Under the pieces are notes generated by a model. That model searched no databases. It saw only the letters and a program-made list of their open reading frames with translations, and was not told the origin of the DNA. A program made the position numbers and the translations under genes. A stretch of 64,000 nucleotides of DNA from a virus (lineage: Duplodnaviria > Caudoviricetes). The stretch covers positions 96,001-160,000 of the IMG/VR virus record IMGVR_UViG_2061766007_000342; one strand, 5' to 3'. Positions 21,887-29,206 of the stretch are shown here, piece by piece (positions within the stretch are counted from its first letter, which is position 1; every line of letters begins with the position of its first letter).

Positions 21887-23275
21887 TCAAGAAGACTTCT
21901 TCTCGATACCAACCTTAGACTTGGTATCATCTGCCTGATGCAGGTAGCTGGTAGTAACCATTGTAGAAACGTTAGCTGTGGTCAGAGTATCAGTCAGAGT
22001 ACCAGCTGCAATGGTAATATCGTTCATAGTCGGATTACCGAAGGATACATCACTGAGAAGTGCGGTACCACCAGTTTCGGTACCGTTGATAATAGATGCA
22101 GTACCAGTGGTAAGAGTATCAGTCAGAGTACCAGCTGCAATGGTGATGTCACCCATAGTCGGATTACCGAAGGATACATCCGAAAGCAGAGCAGTACCAC
22201 CAGTTTCGGTACCATTGATAATAGATGCAGTACCAGTGCCAAGAGTATCGGTCAGAGTACCAGCTGCAACGGTGATGTTACCAGCTGTCGGATTACCGTA
22301 GGTTACGTCGGACAGAATAGTCGTATCAGCACTTGCTGCAGTGCTGTTAACCAGTGTTGCATCACCCGGAGTAGCTGCAGTGAAGGTCAGAGTCTCAGTC
22401 GTTGCATTTGCAGACAGAACTACACCCTCGGTAGCGAACTTAGCATTGTGACCGTATACGTTGGTCGGGGTCTTAGTACCCTGAGTAATGGTAGGACCAG
22501 CGATAGTACCAGTAACATCAACACCCGTATCCGTTACAACAGTAACATCATGAGCATACTTATTAGTCGGGGTCTTAATACCCTGCTGGATAGTAGGTGC
22601 AGTGATAGTACCAGTAACATCAACGGAAGTATCAGTTACAACAGCAACATCATGTGCATACTTATTAGTCGGGGTCTTAGTACCCTGAGTAATAGTTGGT
22701 GCAGTGATAGTACCGGTAACATCAACAGAAGTATCCGTTACAACGGTACCAGAAGCGGCAGTGATTACTCCGGTACCACCTGCAGCAGTGGAATTAATTG
22801 TAACAGCACCAGATGCAGTTACAACCTCGGAAGCAGTCTGAAGATCGGTTGCGTCGAGCCATGCCAGCTCACCGAAGTCCTCAATGTTAACTTCGCCGAA
22901 GAGGTTCCACTTACCAGAAGTACCGCCGGACCAGATGAACTCTCTGTCCTGCTTAGCTGTCGGAGAATAGCTCTCCTTGCGAACGATAACGATGTCGCCA
23001 TCTTCTGCAGTAACAGTATCAGCCATACCAGAGATATGGATCGGATTGGTAGTACCACCGTCAGTGAGTGCATCAGTACAAATACCGATGAAGTGTACAC
23101 CACCGCTGATGGATTCAAGAATCGACTGGATCTCACCACGAGCCATTTCGTCGCGGACATTGAACTGCAGAGTACCCTCACCAGAAGGATTCGGGACATT
23201 CAGCACCGAAATAAACTGTTCAGAAGCATGAGCACCACCAGCGCCACGATCTTCCCAATTGTAAGAAGTTGCCAT
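21887..23275 (-). CDS. T/G/A-rich repeat-containing virion/fibre protein
   Basis: 462 aa; about three 33-aa VVTDTSVDVTGTITAPTI.QG.KTPTN repeats and about three 40-aa GNPT..DITIAAGTLTDTL repeats; GAAAGGA SD. Confidence 0.7.
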   Translation of the reverse strand: MATSYNWEDRGAGGAHASEQFISVLNVPNPSGEGTLQFNVRDEMARGEIQSILESISGGVHFIGICTDALTDGGTTNPIHISGMADTVTAEDGDIVIVRKESYSPTAKQDREFIWSGGTSGKWNLFGEVNIEDFGELAWLDATDLQTASEVVTASGAVTINSTAAGGTGVITAASGTVVTDTSVDVTGTITAPTITQGTKTPTNKYAHDVAVVTDTSVDVTGTITAPTIQQGIKTPTNKYAHDVTVVTDTGVDVTGTIAGPTITQGTKTPTNVYGHNAKFATEGVVLSANATTETLTFTAATPGDATLVNSTAASADTTILSDVTYGNPTAGNITVAAGTLTDTLGTGTASIINGTETGGTALLSDVSFGNPTMGDITIAAGTLTDTLTTGTASIINGTETGGTALLSDVSFGNPTMNDITIAAGTLTDTLTTANVSTMVTTSYLHQADDTKSKVGIEKKSS

Positions 23276-23292
23276 AAATGATCATTCCTTTC

Positions 23293-24036
23293 TTAAATAA
23301 AAAATGTAAGAGTTTCATCATCCGGTTCCGATGATGGTTTTACTGAAACTTTGTTGTTCCAGTATTCTTTTTCTTCCGTGGATACAGTTTCAGAGTCGTT
23401 CAAGAATGGTAGTTCAACCACTTTATGGACGCCATCACCATACTTCATCCCCGGAATGGTTACGCCATCTACAGTCTTGTGATCCGTATAGACGTATAAT
23501 GTATCCTTCTTGGAAATAAGATCAGGTTGTGCATTCCAACCAGCAGTAGTGTTAGAATAGACTTCCTTTTCACCACCGGATCCTCCTCCAGAAGAAGCTG
23601 TGAATGGTAAGTTGGACAACAGCGTTACACCATCGCCAACTTTAATTCCAGGTACTGATCGACCAACATCATCGGTTGTATAATCCGTGTAAACGTACAT
23701 AACGTCTTTCTCGGAAATCAATGATGCTTGTTGATCCCATTCAGCGGTAGTACCTGATACAACATATGTCTTTTGAGGTGTTGAACCACCACCTCCACCA
23801 CTCCATGGTGGGACATATTCGGAGAAGTAATCACCAAGATTGTTTAAGTTGATAATACGTTTCGTATTTGAATCGTACATCCAAACTTCAGAATGTTGTA
23901 TCAAGCTTAATATCTCGGTGAGACTTATCATATATCCCAACTGTGGAGATTCACGTGAGACGGGTGAAGGAATCCAACGGACATTGTTGTAGATGTGTCG
24001 AGAATAGATGTCGACACTTATCTTTTTATCAGCCAT
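23293..24036 (-). CDS. tail-fibre-related protein with two Mtd_N/hyaluronidase-N-like repeats
   Basis: Two copies of TTA.W...LIS.KD..YVYTD...PG.K.GDGV; ATG 24036 follows an AAAGGTGGTG SD. Confidence 0.6.
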   Translation of the reverse strand: MADKKISVDIYSRHIYNNVRWIPSPVSRESPQLGYMISLTEILSLIQHSEVWMYDSNTKRIINLNNLGDYFSEYVPPWSGGGGGSTPQKTYVVSGTTAEWDQQASLISEKDVMYVYTDYTTDDVGRSVPGIKVGDGVTLLSNLPFTASSGGGSGGEKEVYSNTTAGWNAQPDLISKKDTLYVYTDHKTVDGVTIPGMKYGDGVHKVVELPFLNDSETVSTEEKEYWNNKVSVKPSSEPDDETLTFFI

Positions 24037-24199
24037 CCATCTGATCACCACCTTTAAAAGTAATTATTTATCGGTGTTAATATAAATGATATGGGATAAA
24101 ACTTACATTAAGCATTATTACCGGATTTGGAGATCCAGCAATGCAATAAATGTTAGTATCATATTATTGAATCAACAAAATTGATTATATGTTTGTCTT

Positions 24200-24229
24200 T
24201 ATGACGGGGGATACTCATCCCCCGTCATA
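24200..24229 (-). terminator. hairpin
   Basis: atgacgggggat-actc-atcccccgtcat. Confidence 0.7.
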
Positions 24230-24262
24230 TGTTAACTGATATTATTCATACATTTCATTATC

Positions 24263-24307
24263 TTATTTTGATTCACCCAAGTGACCTATGTCAAGACAAA
24301 TTTTCAT
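24263..24307 (-). pseudogene. N-terminal stub of an Amidase_3-type endolysin
   Basis: GAGGAAG SD then MKICLDIGHLGESK*; matches the typical KIxLDxGH start of N-acetylmuramoyl-L-alanine amidases. Confidence 0.55.
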
Positions 24308-24332
24308 GGTTTAACTTCCTCGCGAATTCGTA

Positions 24333-25835
24333 TTATGTTACAATCGTTCCGGTAAATTTAACCCAAGGCCCCCAGGTATTTGAGGTATAATTCTTCATGT
24401 AGATCGAATTGCTATTGGATCCTTGCCCCTCATACGCAATCAGGGTTATTGTTGCGGACGAATACCTCATGATTTGGTACATATATCGTTTTCCAGTTTC
24501 CGGCTTATCCGACCCATAACTAGAACCATGACTTGCAAAGTGTATACCATTCGGCATAGAAACAGCATAGTCAAGTATACTCCCGGTCAAAGGACTATTT
24601 TGATTAATTTTTCCTTCATACAACTCACGGTTTGTCGGAGCATAGGGCGTAAATGCCGTTGAAATTGCGTAGTCTTCGGCGGTACAAATCATGGGCTTAA
24701 AAATCAAATTACTTACTGTTACCCCAGCATAAACAATGATTGCAACTCTGCAGGCTGCCGAAGGAACATCATGAATCGTAGATCCGCCTCCTATATCAGA
24801 TGCATAATTAGTGTATGAACCAGAATTCAGCTGAAATGCGAGTCGATACTTTGATGAACTGCCTCCGTTTGGACATCCAGTCAGTCTACATCCGTTATAG
24901 TTAGGCGCTGTATCGGCCGGTAGAATATTGAGATAGAATGCAACGAGTGAAGATGTGTTGTTAGTACCATCCACAGACACAGTTCCGTCATCGTTTACGG
25001 TAAAAGTCACCCCGTTGATTGTCTGTGATGCCGCTGCGATTTTTAACAAATTCTTCGCCCCAGCATCCACAAGCCTAGGAACAGGTCTAACGTTTTGTGT
25101 AAGTTCATAGTTTGATTTTGCATAAGGTACAAAATCAGGAGAGATTGCGTAGTCAGTGGCGGTGCAGATCATGGGCTTGAAAACGAGATTTGATGCAACA
25201 TAACCATTCTGGAAACGGACTGTCGGTCTGATGTACCACTGTTTTAAAAGAGTAAATGAAACTCCAGCCCCGTAGTCTATCTTATTATTAAATAGCAAGT
25301 AATCTTTTCCATCTGTTGAGGCATATACATCAAACCTATACGTTGTATCGCTTCCGTTTGCAGGGCAGCCGGATAGAACATAATCTCCAGGTGGTAGAAG
25401 CAACTCCCCGAAGGATGCTCTCGAAGGTGTTCCAGTTGCTGTACCAGAGGCACTTGCGATCCCATCTTTTGCAACATATGAAATGCCCTGATACTCCCAA
25501 GTCCGGTCACGAACATCCAGCAAATTCTTCGCCCCAGCATCCACAAGCCGTGCGATCGGCGCTTGAACCGCCTTATTCTGCACCGGATTCGTGCTTGTGC
25601 TGCTGAGAGCCGTATCAACGTCTGACGTGTTCAGCTTTTCGGACAGAGCCGTTTCCACATCACCAAAGCTGTCAATGTTCGTCCCATCCTTGATTGCTGA
25701 AATTTCATCATAATATTCAGCAACCTTACCAAGTGTTGAAGCAATATTTACAATTTCGGCTTCATCACTTTGAACAAGTGGTTGAAATTGAGATGCTTTC
25801 GATATTTGAACATTTTCAATCATAAATTTACTCAT
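24333..25835 (-). CDS. tail fibre / receptor-binding protein with a duplicated beta-rich module
   Basis: 500 aa; two RLVDAGAKNLL...FKPMICTA.DYAIS..F.PYA..N.EL modules; C-terminal knob-like region ending WGPWVKF; GC-richer, atypical codon usage. Confidence 0.7.
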   Translation of the reverse strand: MSKFMIENVQISKASQFQPLVQSDEAEIVNIASTLGKVAEYYDEISAIKDGTNIDSFGDVETALSEKLNTSDVDTALSSTSTNPVQNKAVQAPIARLVDAGAKNLLDVRDRTWEYQGISYVAKDGIASASGTATGTPSRASFGELLLPPGDYVLSGCPANGSDTTYRFDVYASTDGKDYLLFNNKIDYGAGVSFTLLKQWYIRPTVRFQNGYVASNLVFKPMICTATDYAISPDFVPYAKSNYELTQNVRPVPRLVDAGAKNLLKIAAASQTINGVTFTVNDDGTVSVDGTNNTSSLVAFYLNILPADTAPNYNGCRLTGCPNGGSSSKYRLAFQLNSGSYTNYASDIGGGSTIHDVPSAACRVAIIVYAGVTVSNLIFKPMICTAEDYAISTAFTPYAPTNRELYEGKINQNSPLTGSILDYAVSMPNGIHFASHGSSYGSDKPETGKRYMYQIMRYSSATITLIAYEGQGSNSNSIYMKNYTSNTWGPWVKFTGTIVT

Positions 25836-25875
25836 ATAAACACCTTCTTTTTGTTTTCATTGATTTATACTATCA

Positions 25876-26016
25876 TTATTCATATACTTCACCGACAATT
25901 TCGAAATACTCTTCCGGTGTAATCCATTTGCCAACAACGTTGTATACCTTTTGCTTCGACCACAACCCGGAGTCATAGTAATTCTTTACCTTATAAAAAT
26001 TCTTAGAATGTTCCAT
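25876..26016 (-). CDS. XkdX-family small protein (46 aa, not in the ORF track)
   Basis: Hand translation MEHSKNFYKVKNYYDSGLWSKQKVYNVVGKWITPEEYFEIVGEVYE with GGAGG SD; YY..GLW...V...V.KWIT.EEY.EI.G is the XkdX pattern. Confidence 0.85.
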   Translation of the reverse strand: MEHSKNFYKVKNYYDSGLWSKQKVYNVVGKWITPEEYFEIVGEVYE

Positions 26017-26040
26017 AATGGTATATCCTCCACATTATCA

Positions 26041-26313
26041 TTATACATCAAGATCAACATCCGTCATTGCTGCAATGTAATCAATATTTGCAGTATTGAT
26101 TTCTTCACAATAGATTGCATAATCAGCATGAGACAGCTTGGCTTCTTCGTACACATATACGGTACGTGTAACCGGTTCACCTTCACCAATATCATCAGTG
26201 CGTTCAACCTCACGTATATTACGACGAATATATACTGTGGTCGGAGAAGAATCCATGTCTAATTCTTCTGGATAAGAGTCAGACTCAGAATTATAAAATG
26301 TCAAAGTAATCAT
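26041..26313 (-). CDS. acidic tail-fibre-associated protein of the type usually found before XkdX
   Basis: 90 aa ending ANIDYIAAMTDVDL; ATGA overlap with the RT stop. Confidence 0.65.
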   Translation of the reverse strand: MITLTFYNSESDSYPEELDMDSSPTTVYIRRNIREVERTDDIGEGEPVTRTVYVYEEAKLSHADYAIYCEEINTANIDYIAAMTDVDLDV

Positions 26314-27434
26314 ACGACAGACACTTCCTTTCGTGGTTGTTGTAATAATGAATTTAAATACTTAGAATGGCGTGACACTATGTCACGCATTGCTTTCAAA
26401 TGTATTTTATCTTTAATGTATTTAACAAAATATCGTGTACAATCAATGTGCGACAATGAACCAAATCGTGATAACATTTGTGTGGATACATACCAACCGG
26501 GATGTTTATTACACAAATAATATTTACGATGGATATGATTCGCCTTACGACGAATCTTATACAACGTTCGTTTTCGTAATGTAGTTCGATTTCGATAAAA
26601 TTTAAATCCCATGTAATCGATACATCGACCATGTCGATTACCATCATCAAATAAAAACAATTGATGATTTCTTTTTACCAATAATCCATAGTCATATAAT
26701 AATACATCGTGTGTTTTATAAATGATATTACGTAAATGATTTTTATTGAAATCAATTAATACGATATCATCCATATATCGCATCACAAATGGAACATGAA
26801 AGAATTGTTTTAACATGTAATCAAAATATGTCAAATACCAATTGGCGAACCATTGTGATGAATAAAATCCAAGTGGAATTCCAATTTCTTCATTATCATA
26901 AAATATAATCCTATGAATAATTTTTAAAAATCGATAGTCGTGTATTTTATTTGATAACATTGTCATCAGTATACGTCGATCAATATGTTCAAAGAATTTA
27001 CGAATATCGAACTTATACACATACATTCGTTTATGTTTATTTTTACAAATGAAATGTTTTATGATTTTACGTCCATAATTTGGACCTTTGTTGGGAATCG
27101 ATGCACATGAATGTGGATAATAATGTTTTGTGAATATTGGTTGTAAAAGCTTTACAATCATATGTTGAATAATTAAATCTGGCATAAATGGTGGGCGTAA
27201 AACAATTCGTTCTTTATTGCATGTATGTTCATGAATTTTTACCGGTTTGATATATTGTGGCGAAAATGATTCATTCTCAATAATCCCATATAAGTAATCC
27301 ACGTAATAGTCGATATGCTTCAACACATGTCTTACATCAGTACGACGGGTTTTATGTTTTGCAGCATCGATAATGTTTTGTTTGATAAATTCTTTGTCAA
27401 GCATCTTTTCAAACAAATGATTGTACGACTTCAT
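26310..27434 (-). CDS. DGR reverse transcriptase
   Basis: KERIV..P...DLIIQH, KFDIRKFF, GIPLGFYSSQWFAN (the SQ signature of DGR RTs), RYMDD and IDYMGF; adjacent TR/VR pair. Confidence 0.96.
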   Translation of the reverse strand: MKSYNHLFEKMLDKEFIKQNIIDAAKHKTRRTDVRHVLKHIDYYVDYLYGIIENESFSPQYIKPVKIHEHTCNKERIVLRPPFMPDLIIQHMIVKLLQPIFTKHYYPHSCASIPNKGPNYGRKIIKHFICKNKHKRMYVYKFDIRKFFEHIDRRILMTMLSNKIHDYRFLKIIHRIIFYDNEEIGIPLGFYSSQWFANWYLTYFDYMLKQFFHVPFVMRYMDDIVLIDFNKNHLRNIIYKTHDVLLYDYGLLVKRNHQLFLFDDGNRHGRCIDYMGFKFYRNRTTLRKRTLYKIRRKANHIHRKYYLCNKHPGWYVSTQMLSRFGSLSHIDCTRYFVKYIKDKIHLKAMRDIVSRHSKYLNSLLQQPRKEVSVV

Positions 27435-28581
27435 TATGTTGATAATCCTTTCTGTTGAATAGTATCTTCATTAATTGTTCGATTTCATTATTTTTGACAT
27501 ACTCTGATAAATTAAAATGTTTATCACGAATTTGATCCAATATAGATATAACTGAAACTGAGTCAACGATACAGTGTTCTATTTCCGATCCATATTGAAT
27601 CAAATGTTTTCGAAATGAATTGTGTATCAATTGTAAATGATTTCGATAATATGTTGATGTATTTGGTAACGCAATAACATTATAGTTCAATAAGTAATAT
27701 CGTGCAATGTTACGTGTTAATTCATCAATTGCATTGCGTAACTGTTGAATCTTTAAATAAACACATTTGCATTGACGTGTATATTTATCGGATAAACGTT
27801 TAATTGATGCAATTAAAGATTTGATATGTTTTGACACACCATACTTCAATCCATCAGAATCTTTACAAACAATAAGCTTTTTCAAAGATGTAATATCATC
27901 AATTCCAATTACATGTTTCGGGTATTCACCCGGTTGATACATTTGATGAAATACGATGTTCTTGAAGAATATACTATCATATTCAGTCGTTGTATCATCT
28001 TCATATTGATACAATAACGTTGCATAATATTTAGAATCGAATGATTTAATAATTTTGACATTCACATATTTGAATGTAACACCATATTCAAGTTTGTGTT
28101 TGTTCATTGTTTGTAATATGGAATTTACCGGTAATTTCAATGCTTCAACGTTACCAAGATGAGGTAATGTTACTGTATAATGTCCATTGTCGTTCTTCTC
28201 GGTATTGAATTTAACAATGAATTTGTTATCACGATCAACATATGTGTCTGGTATACCAGCATTACATGAATGATATTTCGGGAACATTTCAAATATTAAT
28301 TGATTACGACGATGAATCATATTATGAAATGCTTCATCAATTTTATGTTTTGATTCACATAATAGATATTGTGGAATCTTCTTCATCCACGGATGTTGTT
28401 CAATCACGTCACGAATTGTGACGGATGATAATGAACGTCCATCTGTTCGAATATATTCATCACGATGTAAATGATTTATTGTATTATAAACCTTTCTACG
28501 TGCATCCATTACCAAATGAATATATCGACGTTGATGAATATTTGGAAAGATTCGCACTCGATATGTCTTATATCGAGTCAT
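27409..28581 (-). CDS. TnpB (IS200/IS605 OrfB)-family protein, predicted nuclease-dead
   Basis: YKTYRVRIFPN..Q...ARRKVYN, HPWMKKIP, FPKY, VTLPHLG.V, KYYATL and VIGID (RuvC-I) present; expected RuvC-II Glu position reads VIALPN; no zinc finger or RuvC-III; ATG 28581 after a GGTGGTG SD; overlaps the RT start by 26 nt. Confidence 0.75.
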   Translation of the reverse strand: MTRYKTYRVRIFPNIHQRRYIHLVMDARRKVYNTINHLHRDEYIRTDGRSLSSVTIRDVIEQHPWMKKIPQYLLCESKHKIDEAFHNMIHRRNQLIFEMFPKYHSCNAGIPDTYVDRDNKFIVKFNTEKNDNGHYTVTLPHLGNVEALKLPVNSILQTMNKHKLEYGVTFKYVNVKIIKSFDSKYYATLLYQYEDDTTTEYDSIFFKNIVFHQMYQPGEYPKHVIGIDDITSLKKLIVCKDSDGLKYGVSKHIKSLIASIKRLSDKYTRQCKCVYLKIQQLRNAIDELTRNIARYYLLNYNVIALPNTSTYYRNHLQLIHNSFRKHLIQYGSEIEHCIVDSVSVISILDQIRDKHFNLSEYVKNNEIEQLMKILFNRKDYQHNEVVQSFV

Positions 28582-28689
28582 GGTTGTAATCACCACCAAT
28601 TATTTATTTACGACAAAATTTAAGCGTCATATATCGTTTTATTCCGATTATACTTATCAACATATTATTCTTACGAATAATACATCTCA

Positions 28690-29020
28690 TGCAACACCGT
28701 TTCGACATGCTACTAAGGTGCTTTTGTCAGCATCATTTTTTCCAAGGGGAATGGATTTTAGAACGCAATAAAATACGAAAAACCGCACATGGATAATCAA
28801 TAAGCCTTCCATGATGCATGAGATTTAAGGAGAGGCACCAATGTTCCAGTTGGAGTTCGACGCCGTATTGTTCAGATTGACGTACCAAGCGCCACAGTTG
28901 GACCCATTGTTGGAATTGCCTCCACAAATAGCGGGCGTTCTAAAACCCAAGTTATGATTTCCATCGTTTAAGTTTACAGCAAACTTGTTTTGCTTATACC
29001 CCACCAGTTCCTGCGGGGTT
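28690..29020 (-). ncRNA. DGR template RNA (5' leader + TR + spacer); boundaries approximate
   Basis: TR is bracketed by complementary 14-mers (28935-28948 and 28753-28766); downstream CCCCTTGGAAAAAAT...GCACCTTAGTAG...CGAAACGGTGT resembles DGR spacer elements. Confidence 0.7.
28829..28933 (-). repeat. DGR template repeat (TR)
   Basis: 105 bp, ungapped against VR; ten AAC/AAT codons in the target frame; all 18 mismatches are at TR adenines. Confidence 0.97.
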
Positions 29021-29098
29021 TTATGTGAATCAAAACAATATTATTTATCGTTATAACACGAGAGTTCACGAAATATACAACTCACAACTCAAAAAACG

Positions 29099-29130
29099 CC
29101 AGAGGGAGGAGATGTATCTCCTCCCTCTGG
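29099..29130 (-). other. perfect hairpin/cruciform downstream of VR (homing element and/or terminator)
   Basis: ccagagggaggagat-gt-atctcctccctctgg, 15-bp arms, followed on the minus strand by cgtttttt. Confidence 0.7.
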
Positions 29131-29206
29131 ACTCCCACCTCTCTGATTTACGAGCACCAATGAAAGAACGTCCAGCAATATACATTACTGCTGACCACGA
29201 GCGCTC

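Noticed and set aside
21857-23281. 474-aa plus-strand ORF rich in Ser/Cys/Thr
   Set aside because: Antisense shadow of the codon-biased, SD-bearing minus-strand gene 21887-23275.
26041-26313. Possible Avd accessory protein next to the RT
   Set aside because: Acidic, 90 aa, and resembles the gene type that precedes XkdX; Avd is a basic four-helix protein of roughly 120 aa.
26310-27434. Group II intron or retron RT
   Set aside because: The SQ motif, the size and an adjacent adenine-specific TR/VR pair identify a DGR RT; no maturase/endonuclease domain is seen.
27409-28581. Active IS200/IS605 transposon or Cas12-like nuclease
   Set aside because: No tnpA, no recognisable IS ends, no CRISPR array, and the RuvC-II Glu, zinc finger and RuvC-III are missing.
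28733-28927. 64-aa ORF overlapping the TR
   Set aside because: Off-frame reading of the AAC-rich TR (hence Q/W-rich); no SD and no Avd resemblance.
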